NCBI GenBank assembly: GCA_963719035.1
Contig: CAVRAO010000008.1
Span: forward strand, 96,001 to 160,000
Length of the DNA stretch: 64,000 bases
Direction of reading: 5' to 3'
Source: Methanobacteriota archaeon
Lineage (GTDB): Archaea; Halobacteriota; Bog-38; Methanoflorentales; Methanoflorentaceae
This document shows, one piece after another, positions 11,414 to 23,354 of the stretch. How positions within the stretch are numbered: the stretch's first letter is position 1; every line of letters starts with the position of its first letter. The position numbers and the translations under genes are program-made. The notes below the pieces were generated by a model that made no database searches, was not told where the DNA came from, and saw nothing but the letters and a program-made list of their open reading frames with translations.

Positions 11414-11437
11414 CGTTATTACTGCGCAGTAATAACG
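11414..11437. promoter_or_regulatory. Perfect 24-bp palindromic ModE-type operator just downstream of the modA TATA box
   Basis: TATATAAAAG followed by CGTTATTACTGC|GCAGTAATAACG. Confidence 0.75.
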
Positions 11438-11579
11438 TTTAAATATCTTAAGTATTATGTTTTCAGCCAAGTGGAAAGGCTCAGGCATAGTTTTTGCTGC
11501 TATGAACGCCGCTGGAACGATATGATGAGTGCTGTTTCCCAACCTATAGCTAATTCAAACGACAACGTAAGATGATACA

Positions 11580-12452
11580 ATGAATACGAAGAAGTTTATT
11601 CCCATCTTGCTTTGTGCATTGTTGAGCGTGCTCATGTTACCACATGTGGCTGCACGACTACGCAAAACACCCAAAGTACGAAGCTCACTGTTTTTGCAGC
11701 GGCATCACTAACTAGCGCATTTAACGAAACCGCTCAAGCCTTTCAAGCTAATAACTCGGGGGTCACTGTCGTATTTAATTATGCTGGTAGCAACGCTTTA
11801 GCAACCCAGATCAAACAAGGGGCGAATGCGGACGTTTTTGCGTCTGCCGATCAAAAGAACATGAAAACCGTTCAAGACGCAGGGTTAATGAACAACTCAA
11901 GCGTTAAGGTCTTCGCTCAGAACAAGCTAGCTCTCATCGTCCCAAAGGCAAACCCCGCAAAAATCACAAGTTTGAACGATCTAGCAAATTCCGGCATCAA
12001 ACTCGTTGTCGCTAACAGTTCCGTCCCTGTCGGGAATTATTCACTGCAGATGCTAAGTAAAGCGTCTAATAACTCTTCCTACGGGGCTGGCTTTAATACC
12101 AGCGTCTTAGCAAACGTCGTATCAGAGGAAACGAATGTCAACGATGTGGTGGTAAAAGTTGCATTAGGCCAAGGTGACGCAGGTATCGTCTATGTATCTG
12201 ACGTGCCAGCTGCCTATAAGGATAAGGTGACGGTTATCAAGATTCCAGACAGCGTTAACGTTATCGCTCAATACCCAATTGGGGTGCTCAGCAGCTCACA
12301 AAGTGCTCAACTGGCGCAGAGTTGGATCAACTACGTGACTTCTCCTGCAGGCCAGGCAATCTTGCAGAAGTACGGGTTTCATCATCCCAAAGGCGTCTCA
12401 GAATGCTACTGCCACAGCTGCTACCACAACAGCTGCCACTGCTGCGGCTTGA
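11580..12452 (+). CDS. modA: Molybdate-binding lipoprotein (frameshifts near 11635 and 12374)
   Basis: LTVFAAASL, AGS..LATQIKQGA.ADVFASA, VPVGNY, DAGIVY.SD; Ala/Thr-rich tail in the shifted frame. Confidence 0.85.
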
Positions 12453-12504
12453 TTTACAACAAGGGCTCTAAAAACCGTTACGTTAAACTAAAGCAGGCTT
12501 GATT

Positions 12505-12539
12505 GCACTCACCGTGATATCGGTGGGTGCTGTTTTTTT
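12505..12539 (+). terminator. Hairpin plus T-tract between modA and modB
   Basis: GCACTCACCG-TGATAT-CGGTGGGTGC-TGTTTTTTT. Confidence 0.6.
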
Positions 12540-12805
12540 AGCCGCAACTCGATCCATTAAGATTTATAAGCAACAAACTATTCGCCGATGACAAAACTGT
12601 GAGTTAAAGTAAAATCACTACACTATTCTTTTGTAATAGATAAGTGTCGTGGGACACTAAGAAAGTGCGAAACTCGAACAGATTCAAAAGGGCAGTTGAT
12701 CAATCTCTAAATTCTAACAAGATCCAAACCTATGAAATCCACGATCTCTAACGTATCTTTCGAAGCAGAAATGCTAAATCGACTCGACTTAAAAAAGCAG
12801 CTAAG

Positions 12806-13603
12806 TTGCTGATCGTGTTTTTATTTTTCGGTGTCGTCGTTACATATCTCGCGTTGCCCATCGTGGCGCTCTTTCTGAATGAGACTGCTTCTGGCTTTAT
12901 TAGCTCACTCTCAACAGAGATGGTCCAAGAAGCGATTAAGCTCAGCTTAGTCACCACGTCAATGACCTTGGCCGTTGTTATCATTTTTGGCACTCCGGTA
13001 GCATACTATAACGCCCGCCACAGGTACAGCAGGCAAGAGAATAATAGAGACGCTAATCGATCTCCCAATCGTGTTGCCCCCTTCCGTTGCAGGTATCGCG
13101 CTTTTGTTAACTTTTGGTCGTATGGGGTTGCTTGGTCAATATTTAACATCCTAGGAATCAACATCGCCTTTACTACAACCGCCGTTATACTTGCCCAAAT
13201 ATTTGTGTCGTCTCCTTTTTACTTAAGACAAGCAACCACGAGCTTCGAAGATGTGGACCTTGAATACGAAAGGGCCGCCCACACGCTCGGAGCATCAGGC
13301 ACCGCAACATTTTTCCGTGTGACAGCACCGATCGCACTTAACGGTCTTGTTTCCGGAGCACTTATGACGTGGGCGCGCGCTCTTGGAGAGTTCGGTGCAA
13401 CTCTCATATTTGCAGGCAATTTTCAGGGCGTGACCCAGACGATGCCTCTTGCGATATACACAGCACTTAACTCTGACCTAGACGCGGCAGTGCACATTGC
13501 CGTCATTCTCGTGCTGATCTGTTTTGCCGTAATAATCAGCGTAAAAGTGCTCACCTTGAGAGAGAAACACGTCGATAAAGAAGAAAAAACCATGCTCAAC
13601 TAA
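12806..13603 (+). CDS. modB: Molybdate ABC permease (two compensating frameshifts, about 13028-13143)
   Basis: [14 protein letters not shown] in the alternate frame; [25 protein letters not shown]. Confidence 0.85.
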   Translation: MLIVFLFFGVVVTYLALPIVALFLNETASGFISSLSTEMVQEAIKLSLVTTSMTLAVVIIFGTPVAYYNARHRYSRQENNRDANRSPNRVAPFRCRYRAFVNFWSYGVAWSIFNILGINIAFTTTAVILAQIFVSSPFYLRQATTSFEDVDLEYERAAHTLGASGTATFFRVTAPIALNGLVSGALMTWARALGEFGATLIFAGNFQGVTQTMPLAIYTALNSDLDAAVHIAVILVLICFAVIISVKVLTLREKHVDKEEKTMLN

Positions 13604-13716
13604 GTCAACAGTTCATCTGACAGTCAGTGCGCTTACCCGGCCCGTAAATGCTATTGCGTACCGAGCCGGTTACTAGCAAAGCAGGCGAGTGCAATGTATT
13701 TAATCAAAATTAGTTG

Positions 13717-13740
13717 CATTATTACCAACGAGTAATAACG
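13717..13740 (-). promoter_or_regulatory. ModE-type operator with TATA box on the minus strand
   Basis: Minus strand reads TATAAAAG-CGTTATTACTCGTTGGTAATAATG, a near copy of the modA promoter. Confidence 0.6.
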
Positions 13741-14111
13741 CTTTTATACTTTGTGATAAATATATTTAGCAGGTGTAGGGTGTGAAGTAATCGTCCTACA
13801 CCTTCTCTCCCTAGCTTGAATCGACTTTTTATTTTTTTTGTCCTTAAATTGCTAAGCTTAATCTCGGATAGTATGACGTAAACTAGAACTTCTGCTTTAG
13901 AGCCCACTCAACACTTTAAATACAGGACTTAATATACGAACTTGATTCGCGCAATCTGCAGATCTAATTCAAAACAGCGCCCCAAATATGGCACTTTCTG
14001 CTGGTGCAATAAGAGCTGGCAAAGCCACTACTTAAAGGGTTAGCACGCTGGCAGAAGCGAAGGTAAGGAAGGCCAAACCTGCTAAACCACGTAAACCCGG
14101 AGAAAATACTT

Positions 14112-15553
14112 ATGAATTTAGAGAATATGCTTATTAATGGTGAGTGGGTTGATGCCGCTTCCCATAACTCATTCGCTGTTTACAACCCAGCAAATGGCGC
14201 TATGGTTGGCAAGGCGCCAGCTGGCTCAGCCGACGATGCTGTTTTAGCTATCAACGCAGCCGACGCCGCATTTAACGAATGGGCAGAGACACCCGCCGCG
14301 AAGCGTGCAGCAATCCTTCGCAGAGCAGGAGACTTGCTTCTCTCGCGCGAAGAACACATTTCGCAGCTCATCACTTTAGAGGCAGGGAAACTCTTACGCG
14401 CTTCGCGAAAAGAAGTCAGTGCTGCCGCCGAATTCATTTATTGGTACGCTGAGGAGGGACGGCGGTCTTACGGCGAATGGATCCCCGATCCGCTTCCAGA
14501 TAGACGCTTGCTAACGATCCGACAACCTGTAGGTGTCGTTGCAGTTATCACCCCTTGGAACTTTCCAGCGTATATGATAGCACGAACAGCTGCCGCGGCT
14601 TTAGCAGCAGGGTGTACGGTGATTGTTAAGCCGTCCAAACAAACCGCGCTCACTGGATTGGCAGTTGCACGTGCATTTGTTGACGCAGGTATCCCGCCTG
14701 GAGTCTTTAATCTCGTTACAGGAGATCCCAACGCGATTGGCAAAGCCTTTCTCGACGATGCCCGCATAAGGAAGATCTCATTTACGGGTTCTATCGAGAT
14801 TGGCAAACAATTGATGAGCGGCGCGGCAAAGAGCGTCAAACAAGTGACGTTGGAGCTCGGCGGCAACGCGCCTTTTATTGTAATGAGCGATGCTGATTGT
14901 GAGAAAGCGATCGAAGGCTTAATGTCCGCCAAATTCGGAAATGCTGGCCAAATGTGTATAGCGCCTAATCGGGTCTTTGTGCATTCAAGCCTACTTGACA
15001 CTTTTTTGGAGCGAGTGTCGCTTAAGGTCGCGCAGCTGAAAGTTGGCAGCGGCCTTGACCCTGGGACTGACGTAGGGCCACTTATCAATCGTTCTGCGGT
15101 CAAGAAGGTTGAAAGTCACGTCAATGACGCGATTGACAAAGGGGCGCGTGTTCTAGTTGGGGGTTATAGGCTTATTGAGGGGACGCTCGCGTCTGGTTCA
15201 TTCTACGCGCCAACGGTATTAGCTGACGTCACGTCAGATATGCGCATTGCTACAAGAGGAAACTTTTGGGCCTGTTGCGCCTGTAATTGCTTTCGAAGAT
15301 GATGATAAGGTAATCCAGCGCGCAAACAATACCCACTACGGATTAGCAGCTTACCTCTACACTCGTGATCTCAACAAGGCGATACAGATTGCAGAGAGAC
15401 TTGAGTTTGGGTTAATTGGGATAAATGATACGCGCATTGCGACCGTAGAAGGCCCATTCGGAGGCTTTAAACAAAGTGGAATCGGCCGAGAAGGAGGGCC
15501 ACGAAGGGTTGGCATCGTTTCTCGAGACAAAAGAAATTGTTTTTAGAGTCTAA
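14112..15553 (+). CDS. gabD: NAD(P)-dependent succinate-semialdehyde dehydrogenase-like ALDH (frameshifts near 15250 and 15497)
   Basis: ITPWNFP, FTGS, LELGGNAP, GQMC, EETFGP, PFGGFKQSGIGREG. Confidence 0.8.
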
Positions 15554-15808
15554 GTTCACAATTTCGCCGCTCTTGCTATTTTAGCATAGCTTCTCTCCGC
15601 AAATAGCTGATCTCATTTCCTGTTATTGTAACAGTTAGATGGTTCAGCAGGAGGCTACTACTCGCGAAGGTTAAAAAAAGCAGGCACAACAACAGCTGAC
15701 AAATCGTCTGCTAACCGACAATAGCTCGATTAAGGCGCTTGAAGTAGTTTGGTATATTTTTGCTAGCCTGCTAATCAATGTTTAGCGGCTAGATAAGACC
15801 CTAAAAAA

Positions 15809-16986
15809 GTAACAGGGGGCAGACGACCCCCTACATTTCCTAATCCGATGTCAGTTCAGCGAATCGGGCCAGGAGCTTAGCCGTGTCCTTGGTCGATTGG
15901 TGGAAGAACGTCGAGAGGGGGATCTCAACGGGACATGCATCCTCACACTGACCACAGTCCACGCAGTCGGCATCCATATGTGCCGCTCTCGTGTACTGCA
16001 GCTTCGGCGAGGGAGGGAGCCCTTCTTCAACCCAGCGCGGCTCACAGCTCTCGAGCTTGCAGTCATCGCACGTGCACACGGGACACGCCTTCCAGCAGCC
16101 GCCGCATTTTATGCATTTTGCGAACTGCTCGAGCCAGAACTCGTCGCGTTCCTCAGCGCTCTTAAAGTCGTGCGCCTGCCACTTGGCCCCAAGCTTAAGC
16201 ATCGCCTTTTCGATGTTCTCCCGGATCTCAAGCCCCTTCGGAATCGGATCCTTCGTCGTTATTGCGCCTGCCTTCACCGCGCCCTCGAGCACTTTCGCCC
16301 CTTTCTCAGAGCAGACCTCGACAAACGTGGCCTTGCCCGCGTCAGGACCGATGACTCCCCAGTTCCCGAACGCAAGGTCCATCGTTCTCGGGATCTTCTC
16401 CTCACACCGGCGGCAGTTCGCCCTTCGGCCGTACCCCTGCTCTTCGAGATCGTCGACCTTGACCTCCTTGTGCTCGTGATCCTTCGTCTCGATGATGAAG
16501 TTGCCCTTGGAAATCTCCTCCTTGATGACGTCCATCGGATCGGTGTCGTAGAACTTCCAGATCATCTCCTGGGCCTGCACCGGCGGGAAGGTCCCCCCGC
16601 AGTTGAGGCCGATGCGGACGAGGTTGTCGGCGTTCAAATCGCCTTGTCGTATCTGTACTCCCATGGCGAGCGAGTCACACCCGACGCCAACGACGGCGAG
16701 CTTCATGTCCTTAGCGCCGTTGAGGTACTTGTGAAGCACGTTTGACTGGATGATGGGGGCACAGTGCAGCGACCCGGAAAGCTCAGTGATCTTCGCCGGA
16801 TTAGAAATGAGCGTCGGCACGCCGTCATAGATGTCCGCACCGCGCTTCATTCCGAGCACGGCGTCGACGATTTTGTTCTCAAGCAGATACTTTAGCATCG
16901 CGGTAACGGCGCCGCCACACTCACCTTTCTCCTGAATCGCGCTGTCGGCCGCTTGCGCGTAAAACATATCTCCTACTTTTACCATG
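15809..16986. repeat. About 1.18 kb near-identical direct repeat (fdhB plus terminator); other copy at about 26082-27259
   Basis: Only about 4 synonymous differences seen by eye in the coding part. Confidence 0.9.
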
Positions 16987-17126
16987 TTCTCCACCTCTGC
17001 GGGCTTTACTGTTATTTGTGGTTGAGTTGCCTCCGATTTCTCATCTGAAGCTGGAAGGTTAGCCTTCTCCATTTCTGACATCTTTTCAATGTCAGATTTC
17101 TTCTCTCTCTTCCAAAAAGGGCTCAT
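15840..17126 (-). CDS. fdhB: F420-dependent formate dehydrogenase beta subunit (copy 1; alternative start 16985)
   Basis: [51 protein letters not shown]. Confidence 0.92.
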   Translation of the reverse strand: MSPFWKREKKSDIEKMSEMEKANLPASDEKSEATQPQITVKPAEVENMVKVGDMFYAQAADSAIQEKGECGGAVTAMLKYLLENKIVDAVLGMKRGADIYDGVPTLISNPAKITELSGSLHCAPIIQSNVLHKYLNGAKDMKLAVVGVGCDSLAMGVQIRQGDLNADNLVRIGLNCGGTFPPVQAQEMIWKFYDTDPMDVIKEEISKGNFIIETKDHEHKEVKVDDLEEQGYGRRANCRRCEEKIPRTMDLAFGNWGVIGPDAGKATFVEVCSEKGAKVLEGAVKAGAITTKDPIPKGLEIRENIEKAMLKLGAKWQAHDFKSAEERDEFWLEQFAKCIKCGGCWKACPVCTCDDCKLESCEPRWVEEGLPPSPKLQYTRAAHMDADCVDCGQCEDACPVEIPLSTFFHQSTKDTAKLLARFAELTSD

Positions 17127-17146
17127 AGATTTTTCTCCACCTCCCC

Positions 17147-19198
17147 CTAAGCGGCTTCAACAGCCGCCGCGCAAACCTTCAGCTCTGGCATCTTAGCAGC
17201 TGGATCGAGAGCAGTATTTGTCAGCATGTTCGCTGCTGCTTCTTTAAAGTGGAACGGCATAAAGAGTACCCCTTTTGGAACATCTTTTGTTATCTTGGCA
17301 AGTGTAGTAACCTCGCCGCGTCGCGTTCGCACCTTAACCGAGTCTCCCTTAGCTACGCCAAGTTCAGCTGCGTCTTCAGGGCTGATTTCAACATATCCCG
17401 TTGGGACTTCGTTGTTGAGCGTCGGCGACCGTCTCGTCATTGTTCCGGTGTGGTAGTGGAACAGTATACGGCCGGTAGTGAGGATGAACGGATAGTCACT
17501 GTCAGTTACTTCTGCAGGTGGCTTCCACTCCACTCCGACGAAGGTTCCCAGTCCATCTGGTGCTGTAAACTTCGCTGCGTGGAGTATCGGCGTTCCGGGA
17601 TGTTCTTCGGTCGGACAGGGCCAAGACAGTGCTTCTGGCTTATCCAGGCGAGCGTAGGTCATTCCCGCGTATTGCGGCGTACATTGCCTAACTTCTTCGA
17701 ATATCTGTTCGGCGCTCTCGTAGTTGAAACCAGGGATCCCTAACTTGTTCGCAAGGGCCATGGTGATTTCCCAGTCAGCCTTAGCTTCACCAGGTGGCTC
17801 AACTGCTTTTCTCACGCGTTGGACGCGTCTTTCGGTGCTTGTAAACGTGCCTTCTTTTTCAGCCCAACACGCGCCTGGTAGTACGACGTCTGCGAGTTCT
17901 GCGGTCTCAGTTAGGAAGATATCCTGAACTACTAGGAAATCGAGCTTCTTAAGACATTCAGCGACGTGGGTGATATCGGGGTCTGACAACATCGGGTTCT
18001 CTCCGACGATGTACATGTTCTTGACCTCGTCGCCAGCAGCTCCGAGTAACTCGGTGACAGTCAGACCGCCTGCAGCTGGCAAGTCTTTAACTCCCCAAAA
18101 CTCCTCCATCTTTTGGCGTGCTGCATCAACGGCCACGGACTGGTATCCAGTGTAAACGACAGGAAGCGCCCCCATGTCGCACGCTCCTTGTACGTTGTTC
18201 TGCCCTCTTAGCGGGTTAACGCCCGTGCCGGGCCTACCGATGTTGCCCGTTAGCATCGCAAGGTTCGAAGTCGAAAGCACGTTGTCAGTGCCTGTTATAT
18301 GCTGCGTGATACCCATTGAGTATATCAAAGCCGCAGCATCTGCGCTTGCATAATCCATGGCAATTTCCTTAACGAGCTCAGTAGGCACGTTTGTTATGTC
18401 TTGCGCATCTGCGTATTTTTTGACCACTTCTTTGAGCTCATCAAATCCCTTTGTGCGCCCAGCGATGAATTCTTTGTCCTCCTTTCCTGCGTCAAGGATC
18501 CAATACATCATCGAGTTCATAAGCGCGACATCAGTGCCGGGTTTAAATTGCACGTAGGTATCTGCGAGTTTTGCCGTCGTTGAGAGTCGTGGGTCAGCGA
18601 CGATGATCTTCGCGCCTTTCTCTTTCGCTATGATAACACTCCTGCCGATAAGCGGGTGCTGCTCCATGGTATTCGAACCAATGATGAATATGCAGTCGGC
18701 CTGTCTAATGTCGGCAATGGAATTTGTCATCGCACCGGAACCGAACGAGCGCGCGAGCCCAGATACTGTCGGCCCGTGGCATAGCCGTGCGCAGTGATCA
18801 AGATAGTTCGTGTGGAAGCCCGCTCTCGCCAGCTTATTCATTAAGTAGTTCTCTTCGTTCGTTATCCTCGCTGAAGCCAGGAACGCAACCGAATTAGGCC
18901 CATACGTGTCCTGCGTTGCCTTGAACTTTGAAGCAACCAAGGCAAGGGCTTCGTCCCACGTAGACTCGACGAACTTGCCATCTTTTTTGATAAGAGGCAC
19001 GGTGAGTCGATCTTCGCTGTGTACGAATTCAGCACACGCGTGTCCCTTCGGACAAAGTTTGCCTTCGCTTACAGGATGTCGTTTCCAAGTTTCAACACCT
19101 GCAATCTTTCCGTCTTGAACAACAAGGTTTAAACCACAACCGCAGCCGCAGTAGGGGCAAGTGGTTGGTACATAGTTGAAATTCATAGTCTCTCCCAT
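17147..19198 (-). CDS. fdhA: Formate dehydrogenase alpha subunit (Cys-type), copy 1
   Basis: CPYCGCGC...[32 protein letters not shown]...HTGTMTRR. Confidence 0.95.
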   Translation of the reverse strand: MGETMNFNYVPTTCPYCGCGCGLNLVVQDGKIAGVETWKRHPVSEGKLCPKGHACAEFVHSEDRLTVPLIKKDGKFVESTWDEALALVASKFKATQDTYGPNSVAFLASARITNEENYLMNKLARAGFHTNYLDHCARLCHGPTVSGLARSFGSGAMTNSIADIRQADCIFIIGSNTMEQHPLIGRSVIIAKEKGAKIIVADPRLSTTAKLADTYVQFKPGTDVALMNSMMYWILDAGKEDKEFIAGRTKGFDELKEVVKKYADAQDITNVPTELVKEIAMDYASADAAALIYSMGITQHITGTDNVLSTSNLAMLTGNIGRPGTGVNPLRGQNNVQGACDMGALPVVYTGYQSVAVDAARQKMEEFWGVKDLPAAGGLTVTELLGAAGDEVKNMYIVGENPMLSDPDITHVAECLKKLDFLVVQDIFLTETAELADVVLPGACWAEKEGTFTSTERRVQRVRKAVEPPGEAKADWEITMALANKLGIPGFNYESAEQIFEEVRQCTPQYAGMTYARLDKPEALSWPCPTEEHPGTPILHAAKFTAPDGLGTFVGVEWKPPAEVTDSDYPFILTTGRILFHYHTGTMTRRSPTLNNEVPTGYVEISPEDAAELGVAKGDSVKVRTRRGEVTTLAKITKDVPKGVLFMPFHFKEAAANMLTNTALDPAAKMPELKVCAAAVEAA

Positions 19199-19278
19199 CT
19201 CCTAGTCTTTTCAATTGAAATAGTCTATTTAGGAGATCTAACGCAACAGTGTATTATGCGAGGGTAGCTTAAATTGGA

Positions 19279-19311
19279 ATGTTATTCTAAGATCATAACG
19301 AATTTATAATT
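19279..19311. promoter_or_regulatory. TATA plus GTTAT-N9-ATAAC operator cassette upstream of fdhA1
   Basis: 31/33 identical to the reverse complement of 29410-29442. Confidence 0.7.
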
Positions 19312-19544
19312 CAAAAAAAAGAGAGGACGGGCTTTAGCCGTCAAGGTAGCCAGATCTTAAAAAGCCTACTAGCTGAACGTGTTTAGTTAACTACTGCTTT
19401 GTCAGCGATGATCTCTTCGTGCTTGTCAGCAATGAAGGAACGAGTACCGTAGATCTCTGCTACGGAATTGCTTGCTAGGGTCTACTCCGAGACGTTGAAG
19501 TCGCGATCTTTCCTCCTGTTTCAGGCGGTTAAACCGGGCGACTG

Positions 19545-19880
19545 TCACTCACTAAGGTCAACGTACCATTTCGTGAGCTGGTTCAACGAACCTTCCATGC
19601 CACGGTAATCCGTTAGAAGCTCATAGCCGAACGCTGTCAGCTTGGCCCCTCCCCCATCTTTGCCGCCTCGCGTCCTGTCAACAAGTTGACGACTGAGTCG
19701 TTTTTCAACGATAGTTATGCGCTCTAGAGCGTAGCGATAAGACATCCTTAGCTCGCGCGCTGCAGCGCTTATGGAACCAAGTCTATCAATTTCAGCAAGA
19801 AGCCGCATCGTGCCAAGGCCAAAAACGTATTCCTCATCTTCACCGACAAACCAAAGCTTGAATCGCGGTCTAATTCTCAT
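19545..19880 (-). CDS. modE: Short ModE-family winged-helix regulator (no TOBE domains)
   Basis: KLW...FG.G..LL..I...GSISAAAREL.MSYR.A...RGG..GGGAKLT. Confidence 0.85.
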   Translation of the reverse strand: MRIRPRFKLWFVGEDEEYVFGLGTMRLLAEIDRLGSISAAARELRMSYRYALERITIVEKRLSRQLVDRTRGGKDGGGAKLTAFGYELLTDYRGMEGSLNQLTKWYVDLSE

Positions 19881-19942
19881 ACTACATTCTAATTCTCATG
19901 CTAGTAACATATAATAGTCCATGTGCACACTTAACAATAACG

Positions 19943-21115
19943 ATGATATTCAAAACACGAACTCCGTTTGACGAGGCTTTAGATATATTCCTCAACGCCA
20001 TCGTGCCTATCGAAGACACGGAGGTATCACCGATACGAAAGGCCAGAGGGAGGGTGCTTGCCCACCAGATTATAGCGCAGCGAGACGAACCTAACTATCG
20101 GCGGGCAGCTATGGACGGTTATGCGGTCGTTGCCGACGATACGTTGGGAGCAAGTGAGCGTTCTCCAGTTGCTCTCAAAATTGGTGATGATGTGAGACGT
20201 GGCGTTGTCTCTCGAGTTCATACAGGCTCCAAAGTGCCGGACCACGCAGACGCCGTTGTGATGGTAGAAGACGTCGAACGTCTTGACGACGTCGCTGAGA
20301 TTAGAGCACAGGTGCATCCGTTCGAAAACGTTGGCCTCAAAGGCGAGGACGTGCATCGCGGTGAGCATATTTTTGCTGCCGGCCATCGCCTGCGGCCAGC
20401 GGACATCGGCCTGCTCGCTTCCCTCGAGGTCCCGGACGTGACCGTCTATAGGCAACCAAACGTCGCGATCATACCGACCGGAGAAGAACTCGTTGGAGAT
20501 AAGCCCGCAGAAGGGGAGGTAGTCGAAACAAACGGTCTTATGAACGCGCTTCTCGTTGAACAGTGGGGTGCACGCTCCCGCTACCGAAATATCGTTCCCG
20601 ACGTCCGTGAGCTTGTTGAAGCCGCGTTGTTGCGGGATACGGATGCCGACCTTATACTCACGACAGGCGGAACATCCGTTGGGATTCGGGACCTCGTTCC
20701 TGAGGCGGTGCAGAAGCTTGGGAAGGTTTTGGTACACGGCATCGCGATGAGTCCTGCAAAGCCCACGGCGCTCGGTTTTGTTGAGGATACGCCCATAGCC
20801 TGCCTTCCAGGGTTTCCGGTCGCATGTCTTGTCGCTTCATATGCGTTTGCAAAGCCGGCGATCAATCGACTCGCCCATGTCGAACGGGAATTCGAGCGGA
20901 CAGTGACCGGCACGCTGACTGGCAAGCTAACCGGTAAACCTGGTTCACGAACGTATGCACGCGTAGCAATCCGGAATGAGCGCGTTAAACCCATAATGGT
21001 GTCAGGATCGGGAATACTGAGCTCGATGGCTAAAGCGGACGGATTCGTCATCATTCCTGAAAACGTCGAAGGGTACGATGAGGGCCAACGGGTAGAAGTT
21101 GTTCTATTTGACTGA
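19943..21115 (+). CDS. moeA: Molybdopterin molybdotransferase MoeA1
   Basis: AAMDGYA, HTGS..P..ADAVVMVE, TGEEL, TGGTSVG, LPGFP. Confidence 0.92.
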   Translation: MIFKTRTPFDEALDIFLNAIVPIEDTEVSPIRKARGRVLAHQIIAQRDEPNYRRAAMDGYAVVADDTLGASERSPVALKIGDDVRRGVVSRVHTGSKVPDHADAVVMVEDVERLDDVAEIRAQVHPFENVGLKGEDVHRGEHIFAAGHRLRPADIGLLASLEVPDVTVYRQPNVAIIPTGEELVGDKPAEGEVVETNGLMNALLVEQWGARSRYRNIVPDVRELVEAALLRDTDADLILTTGGTSVGIRDLVPEAVQKLGKVLVHGIAMSPAKPTALGFVEDTPIACLPGFPVACLVASYAFAKPAINRLAHVEREFERTVTGTLTGKLTGKPGSRTYARVAIRNERVKPIMVSGSGILSSMAKADGFVIIPENVEGYDEGQRVEVVLFD

Positions 21116-21128
21116 CCATCGGGTGCTT

Positions 21129-23033
21129 ATGGATACACGTAAAGAGTTTAGAGAGCTGATAAGCGTCGAAAAGGCCCACGAGATCATCAGAACACTTGTG
21201 CTAGTTCGCAGAACTGAAAAGGTAGCGCTGCAGCTTGCTTTGGGGCGAACCCTCGCTGAAGACGTCACATCACGCGTGGACGTTCCGTCCTTCGATAGGG
21301 CAGCTATGGATGGATTCGCTCTGATCGCGCGTAATACCTATTCCGCTCGAGAAGACGCACCGGTGCGACTACCGCTCTTGGGCTCCATAGAAGCTGGCGT
21401 CTTACCTAAATTCGAGGTGCATTCCGGGCAGGCTGTCGAAATTGCCACTGGCGCAATGATGCCCAAGGGCGCCAACGCTGAAGTCATGGTCGAACACGTC
21501 GACGTCGAAGCAACGGGCATCGCGATAAAAAAGCCCGTTACCATCCATGAAAACGTAATATCGGCTGGCTCTGACGTGATGGCCGGAGAGCTTGTGCTGC
21601 GCCGCGGAGCAGTTCTCACTGAGAGAGAGATCGGAGCCTTGGCAACGATTGGCTGTCGCGAGGTAAATGTCTTCGAACCGCCACGGGCGGGCATCCTTAC
21701 GACCGGCAATGAGATCGTGCCTCCTGGATCAGCGCTGACGCCCGGCAAGATCTATGACGTCAATACTTATTCAATTGGAGCGGCAGTCGAAGCGAGCGGT
21801 GGGAAACCACTTTACTACGGAATCGTCGGAGATGACATCGATCAGATTGAGCACGTAATAGCAGACGCACTTTACGAATGCGACATGGTGATCTCCTCCG
21901 GAAGCACGTCAGCGGGACAAGGTGACGTAGTGTACCGCATTGCCGAAAAAGGAAAGCTTCTCGCGCACGGCGTGAGCATCAAACCTGGAAAGCCACTTAT
22001 CATCGCAGAGCTTGAAGGCAAACCGTTCTTCGGCGTACCGGGATACCCCGTCTCAGCGCTTATGGTCTACTATGTCTTCATAGATCCTTTCATAAGAGGG
22101 GGGGCAAAGCCATCACGCAAGGTACGTGCAAGACTCGGGATTGAGGTCCACTCAGAGCCACGACATCAGCTGATCCCTGTGAACCTCGTTCGCAGCTTAG
22201 CTTACCCTGTTTTAGCGAGCTCTGACGCGATAACCACGCTTCTCTCTGACGGATTTCTTGAAATCCCCGAGCATACAGAGATTCTTGATGAAAATACGGA
22301 AGTTGAGGTCACTCTTTTCGGAGAATTTGAGCTAACAGACCTAATGTTTATCGGGAGCCACGATCTAGGGGTAGACATCCTCTTTCAGATGATTGAAGAC
22401 GTTGCTCCGCACGTAAAAGCCGTCAACGTCGGCTCTCAAGGAGGGCTTGTCGCTGTCCGTAAGGGTATTGCGGATATAGCAGGCACTCATCTCCTGAGCG
22501 CGTCTGGGGAGTACAACCTCCCGTTTATTAAAGAGTTCGGATTGCACGACGTTGCTCTTGTTAAAGGCTACTTGCGGCAACAGGGGATTATTACTCGAAA
22601 AGGAGAGATGGTCTCACTTGATGGCCTTGCAGAAACGCAATTCATAAACCGGAATGCAGGATCCGGAACTCGTGTGTTAACGGACACGTTGTTACATCAG
22701 ATCGCAACAACGCGCGGGCTCGAGTTTGACGCATTGACCCAGTCTATTAAAGGCTATGACTATGAGGCGCGAACGCACAGTGCAGTAGCCTCTGCAGTGA
22801 AATTAGGGAAGGCTGACGCCGGCATAGGTATCAAGCCTGTCGCTGATTTGAACGGATTAGAGTTTTACCCACTCGCAGATGAAGAGTACGATTTTGTGAT
22901 ACCGCTAGACCGCTTAGAGGAGCTGCCGCTAACACGGTTTCTTCAAGCACTACGATCGCAGGAGTTCGCCTCACGTTTGCCATCAGGCATACAAACCTAC
23001 GATAAGACGGGGCATATTGTTAGTATTGATTAA
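21129..23033 (+). CDS. moeA: MoeA2 fused to a C-terminal periplasmic-binding-protein domain
   Basis: MoeA motifs followed by GSHD, VGS.GGL, IAGTHL, INRNAGSGTR, THSAVA. Confidence 0.9.
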   Translation: MDTRKEFRELISVEKAHEIIRTLVLVRRTEKVALQLALGRTLAEDVTSRVDVPSFDRAAMDGFALIARNTYSAREDAPVRLPLLGSIEAGVLPKFEVHSGQAVEIATGAMMPKGANAEVMVEHVDVEATGIAIKKPVTIHENVISAGSDVMAGELVLRRGAVLTEREIGALATIGCREVNVFEPPRAGILTTGNEIVPPGSALTPGKIYDVNTYSIGAAVEASGGKPLYYGIVGDDIDQIEHVIADALYECDMVISSGSTSAGQGDVVYRIAEKGKLLAHGVSIKPGKPLIIAELEGKPFFGVPGYPVSALMVYYVFIDPFIRGGAKPSRKVRARLGIEVHSEPRHQLIPVNLVRSLAYPVLASSDAITTLLSDGFLEIPEHTEILDENTEVEVTLFGEFELTDLMFIGSHDLGVDILFQMIEDVAPHVKAVNVGSQGGLVAVRKGIADIAGTHLLSASGEYNLPFIKEFGLHDVALVKGYLRQQGIITRKGEMVSLDGLAETQFINRNAGSGTRVLTDTLLHQIATTRGLEFDALTQSIKGYDYEARTHSAVASAVKLGKADAGIGIKPVADLNGLEFYPLADEEYDFVIPLDRLEELPLTRFLQALRSQEFASRLPSGIQTYDKTGHIVSID

Positions 23034-23354
23034 CCGATCCGTAAGCAAAACTGCGATTATTTCACTTTTTTGCGGCTGCTGCACAAGACATTTGGAGCGC
23101 CTTTCAGTACGTTATCGTAAACGATGAAACTGACCTAGTCTTTTTGCAGTCAAAATGGGATCTGACCTATCTTAAACGATTTTAATAAACGTAACAGGGG
23201 GCAGAATGCCCTCAACGGTTTCCTTAACCCTGTCCCAGCGTGTGAACTCGAAAAGAGCATTAAGCGCGTAAAAAGCGTTCTCGAGACGAGATGCCTGGAT
23301 CAGCAACGCACCAATAGTTCTGAATAAATGTCTGTACCCGCAATAAATTCAGCT

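Noticed and set aside
19480-19545. ACTCCGAG resembling a Moco riboswitch start
   Set aside because: The rest of the consensus is absent and the element is on the wrong strand for fdhA
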